A stretch of DNA of 64,000 bases from Bacillales bacterium UBA3789 (lineage in GTDB: Bacteria; Bacillota_I; Bacilli_A; RF39; UBA660), in the NCBI GenBank assembly GCA_002369415.1, contig DFEZ01000002.1:185019-249018 (forward strand), read 5' to 3'. Under the pieces are notes generated by a model. That model saw nothing but the letters and a program-made list of their open reading frames with translations, was not told the DNA's origin and made no database searches. Below, piece by piece: positions 8,901-18,635 of this stretch. Numbering within the stretch: the first letter of the stretch is position 1; each line of letters starts with the position of its first letter. Made by a program: the position numbers and the translations under genes.

Positions 8901-11900
8901 TATTTCTTTATTTTTTCTACTTTGATAAATGCTTCTTCATCATTAAGTTCACATTTATATTTATCTTTTAAACTAATATCTTTGATTAGTTCATCTCCTA
9001 ATACTTCACCCATTACGTAATCTTTATAAAGTTTAAACATTTCATCTATCTTATCAGTACCATTATAGTAAACTTTGATATGATCAGTGATTACGAAATC
9101 AGCATCTTTTCTTAGAGATTGTACTTTACGTACGAATTCACGAGCTAATCCTTCTAATATTAATTCTTCAGTTAATTCTGTGTCTAGAACTACTATTGTT
9201 CTATTATTACTTTGAGAAGCATATCCTTCTTTTTGTTTAATTGTGATTAAAGTGTTTTCATTATCAAGTTTGAAGTCTTCTCCAGCAAGTTTTACTGTTA
9301 ATCCTTCTTCAGCAATTGTTTTTATTTCATTACTTGTTAACTTAGATAATACTTCTTGTAATTCTTTAATCTTTGGTCCTAATTCTTTTCCTAATACTTT
9401 GAAATTAGGTTTAACAATATATTCGATATATTCATTCATATCTTCTTTAAACATTATTTGTTTAACATTTAATTCTTCCTCTATTACTGGTAATAAATCT
9501 CCAATAATCATTTCATCACTCTTTGGAAGAATTAGACTATTAATTGGTTGTCTAACTTTAATATTTACTTCTTCACGAGCAAATCTTCCTAATGAACAAA
9601 TATCTCTTACTAAATCCATTCTCTCTTCTACTGCTTCATCTATTAAATCAGTGTTTTCTACAGGGAAATCTGCTAAATGAACTGATTTTTCATTTGTTAA
9701 TTTTTGATAGATTTCTTCAGTCATAAATGGAGTCATTGGAGCACATAATTTACATAGTGCAACTAATGCTTCATACATTGTTAAGTATACTTGTTTTTTA
9801 GACTCTGTTAATTCTGAATCCCAGAATCTTCTTCTATTACTTCTAATATACCAGTTAGATAAATCATCATTTAAGAAAGGTACAATTAACTTAGTTGCTT
9901 TATTTAAATCATATTCAGCATATGCTTCATTTACACCTTTAATTAATTTATTTAATTTAGATATTAACCATCTATCGATTAATTCTCTATCTTTAACTGG
10001 GATATCATATTCTCTTGGATCAATATGATCTGCATTAGCATACATTTCAAAGAATGAATATGCATTCTTAAATGTAGAGATATATTTAGAATAAATTTCT
10101 TTTAATCCATCTACATCAAATTTTAATGGAGTCCATACAGGGGAAGCATATAACATATAGAATCTTACTGTATCTGCTCCATACTCTTCCATAATTTCAA
10201 ATGGAGAAATTGCATTTCCACGAGATTTATGCATCTTTTGACCATTTTTGTCTAATAATAAGTCATTTACTAATACATTCTTATATGGAGATTTTCCAGT
10301 TACGAATACTGAAATTACTAATAATGAATAGAACCATCCTCTTGTTTGGTCAATTCCTTCAGAAATAAAGTCTGCTGGGAATTGTTCATTGAATAATTTC
10401 TTATTCTCAAATGGATAATGATATTGAGCAAATGGCATAGCTCCACTATCGAACCAACAGTCAATAACATCTTTTACTCTTGTCATTTCTTTTCCACATT
10501 TTGGACATTTGATATGAACATCATCTACATATGGTCTATGTAATTCGATTGTTTCATCTATATCTTCAATTGCTTTTTCAACTAATTCTTTACGTGAACC
10601 AATCATTTCTTCATGACCACATGAACATCTCCATAGTGGGATTGGTGTTCCCCAATATCTATTTCTTGAAATAGCCCAATCATTCATATTCTCTAACCAG
10701 TTACCAAATCTTTTTTCTCCAACATAATCTGGATACCAATTAACTTTTTTATTTTCAGCAATAATTTCATCTTTTTTATCAGTTGTTCTGATATATAGTG
10801 ATGGTTTTGAATAATAAACAAGTGGTGTTTTACATCTCCAACAATGTGGATAATCATGGTTCATTTTTTGTTTCTTAAATAATTTATCATTTTCTGCTAA
10901 ATATTTAATAATTTCAACTTCTAGTTCTGGATCTACAACTAATCTTCCTTTCCAAGGTCCTTCAGTATAGCATCCATCTTCTCCTACTGGATTTACCATT
11001 GCTAAATCATATTTTAATCCAACTTCGTAGTCGTCTTGTCCAAAAGCTGGAGCAATGTGTACGATTCCTGTACCATCTTCCATTGTTACATAATCATCAC
11101 ATGTAACAATAAATGCTTTCTTTCCTTCAGGCATTTTTAATAATGGAAGTAATTGTTCATATTCTCTATTTTCTAAATCTTTTCCTTTATATGTTTCTAC
11201 TACTTCATAGTCATCACCTAAGATTTTATTAGCAAGTGCTTTAGCAACTATAAAGTTATATCCTTTAGATAAACATTTAACATATTCTTCTTTTGGATTT
11301 ACACATAATGCTGTATTTGAAAGTAATGTCCATGGAGTTGTAGTCCATACTAAGTAATAAGTATTTTCTTCATCTTTTGCTTTGAATGGAACATATACAG
11401 TATTTACTGATATTTCTTTATATCCTTGAGCAACTTCATGTGAAGCTAGTCCTGTTCCACATCTTGGACACCATGGAACAATCTTTAATCCTTCATAAAT
11501 ATGTCCTTCATCAAATATCTTCTTTAGAATCCACCATTCTGTTTCAATATAATCATTATTATATGTAACATATGGATTATCTAAATCAATAAATTGGCCC
11601 ATTTCTCTTGTAAATTTAGTAAAGTATTCTTCATTTTTCCAAACACTTTCGCGACATTTTTGATTGAATTCTTTGATACCATATTTTTCAATATCACCTT
11701 TATCTTTGAATCCTAATTCTTTTTCTACTTGTACTTCTACTGGTAATCCATGAGTATCCCATCCAACTTTTCTTAATACTCTATATCCTTGCATTACTTT
11801 GTATTTAGTTACAGTATCTTTTAATAATTTAGCCATCATATGGTGAATTCCAGGCATACCATTAGCAGTTGCTGGTCCATCATAGAAGACATAATTTTCT

Positions 11901-12013
11901 CTATCTTTTCTGTTTTTAATAGATTTTTCAAAAATCTTATTCTTTCCCCAATACTCACTGTATTTGTTTTCTACTACACTGATTTTGTCTTGTTCTAATT
12001 TTTTGAATTTCAT
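8900..12013 (-). CDS. ileS: Isoleucine--tRNA ligase, type 2 (IleRS2)
   Basis: FYDGPATANG, GWDTHGLP, WTTTPWTL, ISRNRYWGTPIP, EGIDQTRGWF; C-terminal EGLAREFVRKVQSLRK typical of IleRS2; upstream Ile T-box. Confidence 0.97.
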   Translation of the reverse strand: MKFKKLEQDKISVVENKYSEYWGKNKIFEKSIKNRKDRENYVFYDGPATANGMPGIHHMMAKLLKDTVTKYKVMQGYRVLRKVGWDTHGLPVEVQVEKELGFKDKGDIEKYGIKEFNQKCRESVWKNEEYFTKFTREMGQFIDLDNPYVTYNNDYIETEWWILKKIFDEGHIYEGLKIVPWCPRCGTGLASHEVAQGYKEISVNTVYVPFKAKDEENTYYLVWTTTPWTLLSNTALCVNPKEEYVKCLSKGYNFIVAKALANKILGDDYEVVETYKGKDLENREYEQLLPLLKMPEGKKAFIVTCDDYVTMEDGTGIVHIAPAFGQDDYEVGLKYDLAMVNPVGEDGCYTEGPWKGRLVVDPELEVEIIKYLAENDKLFKKQKMNHDYPHCWRCKTPLVYYSKPSLYIRTTDKKDEIIAENKKVNWYPDYVGEKRFGNWLENMNDWAISRNRYWGTPIPLWRCSCGHEEMIGSRKELVEKAIEDIDETIELHRPYVDDVHIKCPKCGKEMTRVKDVIDCWFDSGAMPFAQYHYPFENKKLFNEQFPADFISEGIDQTRGWFYSLLVISVFVTGKSPYKNVLVNDLLLDKNGQKMHKSRGNAISPFEIMEEYGADTVRFYMLYASPVWTPLKFDVDGLKEIYSKYISTFKNAYSFFEMYANADHIDPREYDIPVKDRELIDRWLISKLNKLIKGVNEAYAEYDLNKATKLIVPFLNDDLSNWYIRSNRRRFWDSELTESKKQVYLTMYEALVALCKLCAPMTPFMTEEIYQKLTNEKSVHLADFPVENTDLIDEAVEERMDLVRDICSLGRFAREEVNIKVRQPINSLILPKSDEMIIGDLLPVIEEELNVKQIMFKEDMNEYIEYIVKPNFKVLGKELGPKIKELQEVLSKLTSNEIKTIAEEGLTVKLAGEDFKLDNENTLITIKQKEGYASQSNNRTIVVLDTELTEELILEGLAREFVRKVQSLRKDADFVITDHIKVYYNGTDKIDEMFKLYKDYVMGEVLGDELIKDISLKDKYKCELNDEEAFIKVEKIKK

Positions 12014-12026
12014 GTTTCTTTCCTCC

Positions 12027-12986
12027 CTAAAATACTATTACGTATCCATAATAAAATATGAATAATAATAAAAGCATAATTCCTTCTTTTCTAGTAATTC
12101 TATAGTCATCAAATGAAAATAGAAATAATACAAATGCACTTACTACCATTACTAATATATCAATATAACTAAATGCAATTGTTCCAATTCCTCCTAATAA
12201 AGCAACTGGTACTCCAACAACTATTCCAATATTGAATATGTTACTTCCTACTACATTTCCTATAGCTATATCATATTCTCCTTTTAAAGTTGCTGTTACT
12301 GATGTAACTAATTCAGGTAAGCTTGTTCCTAAAGCAATTATTGTAAGTGATATTAGTCTTTCACTTACTCCTAATATTTTTGCTATATCACAAGCACTAT
12401 CTACTACAAAGTTACTTCCTAATATTATTCCAGTTATTCCAATAACTGTTAATAAAATTGCTTTCTTTAGACTAATACTTTTTTCTTCTTCTTTTTCTAT
12501 TTCTTCTTCTGATGCTTTTCTTCTTGCCATCTTAATCAAATAATATAAAAATACTGCGAAGAATAATATTAATACTATTCCATCACTTCTTGTAAATGTA
12601 TTTTTAAAATTATCAAATAGATTATCTGAAAGTAATACTCCAAATAGCATTGTTATTAACATTACTATTGGTAATTCTTTTTTAACTGTATTATTTTTAA
12701 CTACTAAACTATGTACGGTTGCACTGCAACCTATAATTAGTAAAATATTAATAATATTACTACCAATTACATTTCCTAAAACTATATCTCCACTTCCTAT
12801 TAGCATTGATTTAATGCTAACAGCAAATTCAGGAGCACTAGTTCCAAATGAAACTATTGTTAGTCCAATTAGCATTTTTGATATTTTTAATTTATTAGCA
12901 ATTCCAACTGCACCATCTACAAAGAAATCAGCACCTTTGATTAGTATAACAAATCCAATTATCAATAATATAATACTTATTAACAT
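12027..12986 (-). CDS. Calcium/sodium (CaCA, YrbG-like) antiporter
   Basis: Two alpha repeats GTSAPE...GNVIGSN and GTSLPE...GNVVGSN; true start at 12986 behind an AAAGGGGA RBS. Confidence 0.92.
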   Translation of the reverse strand: MLISIILLIIGFVILIKGADFFVDGAVGIANKLKISKMLIGLTIVSFGTSAPEFAVSIKSMLIGSGDIVLGNVIGSNIINILLIIGCSATVHSLVVKNNTVKKELPIVMLITMLFGVLLSDNLFDNFKNTFTRSDGIVLILFFAVFLYYLIKMARRKASEEEIEKEEEKSISLKKAILLTVIGITGIILGSNFVVDSACDIAKILGVSERLISLTIIALGTSLPELVTSVTATLKGEYDIAIGNVVGSNIFNIGIVVGVPVALLGGIGTIAFSYIDILVMVVSAFVLFLFSFDDYRITRKEGIMLLLLFIFYYGYVIVF

Positions 12987-13007
12987 ACTATTCCCCTTTC
13001 TATAGAA

Positions 13008-13225
13008 ATAAAAAAATGACTTCATCCATAAGGACGAAATCATCGCGGTACCACCTTAATTTATAAGTAAAATACTTATCTTAAAAACTATAACGCGTTA
13101 CCGTATTTATCTTATCCATAAATCGCAACTTGAAAGTGATCTAAATATTTTTTCCTTGTCTATTTCCACCCAACATAGACTCTCTATAAATTCCAAAATA
13201 TTCCGTCTTTCGCACATGCTTTCAG
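13008..13225 (-). promoter_or_regulatory. T-box riboswitch leader, Ile (AUC specifier)
   Basis: Minus strand has AGAGA and GGTGGAA stem-I motifs, a GATCA specifier region, the T-box AAGGTGGTACCGCG, then terminator ATGATTTCGTCC-TTAT-GGATGAAGTCAT followed by a U-tract. Confidence 0.9.
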
Positions 13226-13285
13226 GAACTAATATAACACATTATTGTTTTATTTACAACAAAAAAGAAACTATTTGTTTCTTTT

Positions 13286-14632
13286 TTATTTTATTAGATC
13301 TTCTGATACTTTAAGGAATGGATATGGATCTAGACTAGTTACATTTCCATCTACTTCAAATTTTTCATCTGAATTTACGAATACAAATCTCTTAATTACA
13401 TAATCAGATTTTTCTTTATAGATTTGACTATCAAGAACCATATATCCACTATTTGAATTTAAAACATTCATATTTTTACAATGCCAATATTTAGCATATT
13501 CTATTGCTTCACATTCACCTTCAGATTTTACTGTTATTTTAAATTCACCATCATATGCTGAATCATGGAATTTAGATACATCGTAATTTCCTTCTTCATC
13601 TTTTGTATCATCTGCTAAATAATTTGTAATTGCGACTAAAAGTACTTTTCTTGCAGTTTCCTCAGGTATTTCTTGTAAAAATTTCTCTTTTCTTTCTTTT
13701 GCTGCTTTTTCAGCTTTTTCCATATCTTTTTTTATTTGTTCTTCTATACCATTTTCTAATTTCTTTTTAGCATCTTCTTTAGATATCTTAATATCTTTTT
13801 GCATATCACTAATAGTTATTGCCTTTTCTTCTAATTCTTCTATATCAAGTTTTTTATCAAAATTATATTTTAATCCATATTCAATTATATTTTCATTTTT
13901 ATATTCTTTTGTTATTAAGTAATAACTATATTTATTCTTTACATCTTCTATTTCTATGTAATTACTGTGATTATCTAAAGGTTTTATTCTTATACCATTT
14001 TCTACATACCAATAGAAATTATCATCAGAAATACTATATAGATATCCAATACCTTCTTTAGAATCTAATTTATATGAATTTTCATATGATACTTCATCTT
14101 TTACATTTAGATTTAATAATATTTTATTATTGTTTTCTGATGCAAAAACTACTAAATCTTGTCTTTTATCAGAATCTATATCAATATTTAATAATGTAAC
14201 AGTACTTGCTTTTATTTTATTCTTTTCTAAGTTTTCTTTAATTATTTTATCTAAATCACCTTTTTCTAATGATTTATGTATTGTTTCTCCATATTCAGTA
14301 TATTTAATTCTTTCTACTTTAGGCTTTTCTTCTTTCTTAGGTTTTAATAATAAAAGTAAAACTACTATAAGAACGATTAATACTGCAATAGAAATACCTA
14401 TTATTATAAATAATTTCTTTTTAGATATTTTTTTCTTTTCTTTTTTCTCTACTGGAGGAGTTGTTTCTTCTACTTTTTGTTCTTCTAATACTGGTTCAGT
14501 TTCTTCTTCAACAACTTCTTCATTTAATATTTCTTCTTCACTTACTGTTTCTAGTTTTTTTGTTGGAATATCATCTTCATGTGTTTCTTCTAAATCTTCT
14601 ATCCTTTTTAATTCTTTTGTTTTTTCTTCCAT
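13286..14632 (-). CDS. Hypothetical single-pass membrane protein
   Basis: Acidic disordered N-terminus, basic patch, one TM helix, large extracytoplasmic domain with coiled coil. Confidence 0.7.
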   Translation of the reverse strand: MEEKTKELKRIEDLEETHEDDIPTKKLETVSEEEILNEEVVEEETEPVLEEQKVEETTPPVEKKEKKKISKKKLFIIIGISIAVLIVLIVVLLLLLKPKKEEKPKVERIKYTEYGETIHKSLEKGDLDKIIKENLEKNKIKASTVTLLNIDIDSDKRQDLVVFASENNNKILLNLNVKDEVSYENSYKLDSKEGIGYLYSISDDNFYWYVENGIRIKPLDNHSNYIEIEDVKNKYSYYLITKEYKNENIIEYGLKYNFDKKLDIEELEEKAITISDMQKDIKISKEDAKKKLENGIEEQIKKDMEKAEKAAKERKEKFLQEIPEETARKVLLVAITNYLADDTKDEEGNYDVSKFHDSAYDGEFKITVKSEGECEAIEYAKYWHCKNMNVLNSNSGYMVLDSQIYKEKSDYVIKRFVFVNSDEKFEVDGNVTSLDPYPFLKVSEDLIK

Positions 14633-14671
14633 AAATGTATCTCCTTACAATAAAAGTAGACTTTTGTCTAC

Positions 14672-15106
14672 TTAATTATTAGAATCTAATTCTTCTAGTG
14701 CATCTAAAACTACTTTTTGTTGTTCTAAGATGACTTTTAGTTTTCCTTTTAGAATGGTAATATTCTTTTCTAATATGTTTTTATCATTTTCTAGTTTTTC
14801 AGTAGACAATAATGCTTCATTAATAATTCTACTTGCATTATTCTTTGCTTTACTAATGATAAGTTCACTTTCTTCCCTTGATATTCTTTTTATGTTTTCG
14901 CTTGTTTCTTCAGCTTTATTAATCGTATTTACTAAAGTATCTTCTAATCTTTTATAATAATTAAGTTCTTTTCTTAATTCTTGTATTTCCTGTTTTTGTT
15001 CGTCTACTTTATTTAATAACTTTTCTGTTTCTACTATTACTGTTTGAATAAAATTATTTACTTCACTACGATTATATCCGTTAGCTTCAAAACTAAACTT
15101 GTCCAT
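14672..15106 (-). CDS. divIVA: DivIVA cell division protein
   Basis: N-terminal F..EANGYNRSEVNNF motif followed by coiled coil; sepF-divIVA-ileS synteny. Confidence 0.88.
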   Translation of the reverse strand: MDKFSFEANGYNRSEVNNFIQTVIVETEKLLNKVDEQKQEIQELRKELNYYKRLEDTLVNTINKAEETSENIKRISREESELIISKAKNNASRIINEALLSTEKLENDKNILEKNITILKGKLKVILEQQKVVLDALEELDSNN

Positions 15107-15134
15107 ATAATCACCTCAGAAAGTATATTAATTT

Positions 15135-15578
15135 TTAAAAGAAATCTTCCTCTCCATCCTCTTTTTCATCTTTTTTACCTTTTGCTGTTTTAGCAGCATT
15201 TTGATCATCACTTATTTTTCCTTCAACGTTAACATTCTTTGGAGTACATAAGAATATTCCTCCACCTAATTTTTGAATGTCTCCTCCAATGGCATAGATT
15301 GTTCCATATAGGAAATCTACTATTCTTTTAGCTTGATCTGGTGTTACTCTTTTTAAATTAACAACTACTGCACTTCTATTTTTTAAGTAATCAGCTATTT
15401 GTTGACTTTCAGAATAAGCACGTGGTTCTAATAACATCATCTTTGATCCAGCCATACCATTTTGTTCATGATATTCTTCTTTTGAAGTTGTATAGTAATC
15501 GTCTTCTCCAGTTGCTTCTTCTTGTACTTCTCCACCAAAGAATCCTTTGATTTTATCTTTCATACCTTTTTCTCTCAT
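15135..15578 (-). CDS. sepF: Cell division protein SepF
   Basis: [47 protein letters not shown]. Confidence 0.95.
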   Translation of the reverse strand: MREKGMKDKIKGFFGGEVQEEATGEDDYYTTSKEEYHEQNGMAGSKMMLLEPRAYSESQQIADYLKNRSAVVVNLKRVTPDQAKRIVDFLYGTIYAIGGDIQKLGGGIFLCTPKNVNVEGKISDDQNAAKTAKGKKDEKEDGEEDFF

Positions 15579-15690
15579 ATTTATACCTCCATTATTACTA
15601 ATTAATAACTACTTTAACTACTTTTTATTTTATCACAATATTTTTAAAAGCAAAAGTCAATTATATAATGTTTACACATTATAGACCTTT

Positions 15691-17649
15691 CTATTGTGCA
15701 GGTTGTTGAATATATGTTCCTTGTTGTACTGGTTGAGCTTGTTGTACAGGTTGTGTTGTTTGTTGGGCAGCTGCTATTTGTTGTTGCATTATTTGATTAA
15801 CGTCTTGTCCCTGTTGAATATATGTTCCTTGTTGTACTGGTTGAGCTGCATTCATATCTTGAATCAAATGTTTTGGTGTATTATCTCTATACCAAACATC
15901 TGCAAGATCAACGTTATCAGACAATGGTTGTGGATTTGGCATATCAAAGTACATTACTGTTGGTACTTTAAATGCTGAACCAAAGGCTACACAGTTTCCT
16001 GGTTTTAGGTTTTTCATCTGTAGCATTATTTCTGTTGATACATTTGGAACCATTTCCTTTATGTATTTTAAATCCACAGGGTGAATTGTTCTTAAAATTA
16101 TAAAGTTAGAACATTGAGATACACATGTATCTGATAATTCACTTGGTCTTTGTGTAATTAATCCTAAGAACATTCCATATTTACGTCCTTCTTTAGAGAT
16201 ACGTTCAAATATGTTGTATCCTAATAATTCTATATCTCTATCATGTCTAACATAACGGTGAGCTTCCTCTATTACAACATGATATGCTTCACTACCTCTT
16301 GGTTTTAATGTACTTAGTTTATTAAATAACATTCTAGATACTATTTTTGTAATTACTTTAGCAATTCTATCATCGATATAGTTAATATTAAAGTTAATTA
16401 TTTGAGCTCTAGAATTTGTTCTTTGATCCCATAATAAACTATCTATATATTGGCTTCTTGTTACATATGTTGGATATGTGAAATAAATTGCATTTTCTCC
16501 TGTAACAAGGGAATGTAAACGTACATTCATAATGTTAGCTGTTTCATATACTTTGTCACTCTTTAGGACACCTTCACTAACAAGAGCAAATTCCATTGCT
16601 TCTTCTAGATCTTGTAAAGTATAGAAATAATTTAATTCTTCTTCTGGAACTTCTATTTCATCATCAATGATATATCCTCTAAAGAATTCTACAACTAATT
16701 CCATTTCTTGCATCTTACCAGTTTTATCAACAAATAAACATTGTTTTAATGTTCTTGTATATCCTGGTTGTACTATTTGTGTTTGTAAATTAAGTGTAGT
16801 TGTATTAAATCTAGTTAATACTCCTATTACTTGGTCTCTTATTTTTGTAGATTCTGCTCCACTTAGCATAATATCTTGTAGAGCTCTTGCAATAATATCA
16901 TTTTTTCTTTTTGATACATTTTCACTAGTACCTGTAAGTATAGGAACTAATTTTAATGTTTTCTCTATAATTGGTAATTGAGATGGTGTAGTTGCATCTA
17001 ATAATAATGCTAAATCATCAACATCTAATAACCAAATTGGTATTCTTAATATTTCTGAATCTGGTTCTACTGTATTAGTAGTATATGTTTTATAATTAAG
17101 GGCTGGATTATTAATATGTAACTCTTTAAAAGCATTTGTATACTCTCCATAAGCATCAAAGAAAAAGAATGCTGAATTTGTTGGTGGAGTATTACTTCTA
17201 AATAATTTTTGTAGAATAGATGCTACACAAGAAGATTTACCTGAACCAGAGTTTCCTAATATAGAAAAGTGCGTATTAAAGAAATCATTAATGCTTACAT
17301 TAATTTTATATCCTTCATATACGTTACTTGTTCCAAAGTTTGTAAATCCTTTTGTTAGTTCTTGTCTACCAAATAGTAATTCTAACTCTTCTGATTTTAT
17401 AAGTCTTACATTTGATTTAAATGAAGGTTTTGTTCCTCCACCAGATATAAAACGTCCTTTTGTAATCTCTCCTACTATTGTTACAATCATAGTAGTTTGA
17501 TTAACATTAGCAATCTCTCCTACTACTTTCTTTTCTGTATCATCTTCAAAGATTACGTGATAGTTTACTAAACTAGGCTGTTCATTAATATTAATGCTTA
17601 GTTTGACAGTTACGCTATTATCGATAATTTCTTCTATTTTACCTAGCAT
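15691..17649 (-). CDS. HerA/FtsK superfamily ATPase (DUF87), with N-terminal HAS-like barrel and Gln-rich tail
   Basis: HFSILGNSGSGKS Walker A, FDAYGEY, VIEEAHRY Walker B, ERISKEGRKYG, ITQRPSEL; start at 17649 behind an AGGGTG RBS. Confidence 0.88.
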   Translation of the reverse strand: MLGKIEEIIDNSVTVKLSININEQPSLVNYHVIFEDDTEKKVVGEIANVNQTTMIVTIVGEITKGRFISGGGTKPSFKSNVRLIKSEELELLFGRQELTKGFTNFGTSNVYEGYKINVSINDFFNTHFSILGNSGSGKSSCVASILQKLFRSNTPPTNSAFFFFDAYGEYTNAFKELHINNPALNYKTYTTNTVEPDSEILRIPIWLLDVDDLALLLDATTPSQLPIIEKTLKLVPILTGTSENVSKRKNDIIARALQDIMLSGAESTKIRDQVIGVLTRFNTTTLNLQTQIVQPGYTRTLKQCLFVDKTGKMQEMELVVEFFRGYIIDDEIEVPEEELNYFYTLQDLEEAMEFALVSEGVLKSDKVYETANIMNVRLHSLVTGENAIYFTYPTYVTRSQYIDSLLWDQRTNSRAQIINFNINYIDDRIAKVITKIVSRMLFNKLSTLKPRGSEAYHVVIEEAHRYVRHDRDIELLGYNIFERISKEGRKYGMFLGLITQRPSELSDTCVSQCSNFIILRTIHPVDLKYIKEMVPNVSTEIMLQMKNLKPGNCVAFGSAFKVPTVMYFDMPNPQPLSDNVDLADVWYRDNTPKHLIQDMNAAQPVQQGTYIQQGQDVNQIMQQQIAAAQQTTQPVQQAQPVQQGTYIQQPAQ

Positions 17650-17725
17650 CCAATCACCCTCTATTCTACATAAGTATATCAAAAAACAATATAAAAAAAA
17701 AGTCGTTAAAGACTTTTTCTTTCAT

Positions 17726-18526
17726 TTACACTTCTTTTACGTATAATGCTCCAGTAGCATTATCTCTTCCTCTAAATGGAATTATATAATTAACATATTT
17801 TTTTCTTAATAATCTTATTGGTACATGTAAGTGTTGATTAATATTAACTGCTTCATTGATAATACTCTTTAATATATCTGGTTTCTTATTTATATTAATC
17901 AGCTTATTTATTTTTTTATCTGTAATTAGATCTGTTACTCCATCAGTAAATAGAAATAACATATCATAATCATTTTTTACTATAGTAGTTGATATTCTAC
18001 ATAGTTCTTCAGATAATCCTATACAGGCATTAATAATATTATTATTTGAAAAGTATCTTAAATCATCTTTTCTAACTCCACCATATTTATAATAACTCCA
18101 GACATCTGAGTCATCTTCTGTTATTTGAATTAATTTATTATCTTTTAAAAGATATCCACGGGAGTCTCCTACATTTAGAAATATTGTTTTTCTATATGTG
18201 ATAAGTGCTAGAGTTAGAGTTGTTCCTATATTATTGATACCAAATTCTTTTATTAAATCATTATTTATTTTCTTTACTAATCTTCTTAATAGACTTTCAG
18301 TTTTTTCTACGTCTTTTAATTCTTCTGATTCTTTATTAAGAAACCATTTTTCTATAGATGAAGTTACATATTTTGAGGCAATTTCTCCATGAGCTTTTCC
18401 ACCCATTCCATCAGCGACTAAAAGTAATTTAATTCTTTTATTCTTTGGATGAGAAATTGCTAAAGCAGCATCTTCATTTTTATGTCTTATTAAACCAATG
18501 TCTGTTTCTGTTTGTAATAATTCCAT
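17726..18526 (-). CDS. PP2C family Ser/Thr protein phosphatase
   Basis: TDIGLIRHKNED, VADGMGG, NVGDSR, FTDGVTD, GRDNAT motifs. Confidence 0.9.
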   Translation of the reverse strand: MELLQTETDIGLIRHKNEDAALAISHPKNKRIKLLLVADGMGGKAHGEIASKYVTSSIEKWFLNKESEELKDVEKTESLLRRLVKKINNDLIKEFGINNIGTTLTLALITYRKTIFLNVGDSRGYLLKDNKLIQITEDDSDVWSYYKYGGVRKDDLRYFSNNNIINACIGLSEELCRISTTIVKNDYDMLFLFTDGVTDLITDKKINKLININKKPDILKSIINEAVNINQHLHVPIRLLRKKYVNYIIPFRGRDNATGALYVKEV

Positions 18527-18635
18527 ATATAACTCCAATCTACTAAATATTATAATCATCATGTCAAATAATGCAAATAATTATACACTTTACACTGTAA
18601 ACTTACACAAAAAAAGATAGGCATTGCCTATCTTA

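Noticed and set aside
12987-13043. N-terminal extension of the antiporter in the ORF track
   Set aside because: Overlaps the T-box terminator; the RBS supports the ATG at 12986
15704-15847. Two exact 36-bp direct repeats resembling a mini CRISPR array
   Set aside because: Only two copies with a 72-bp gap, in frame within the Gln-rich tail of the HerA-like gene; no cas genes or leader
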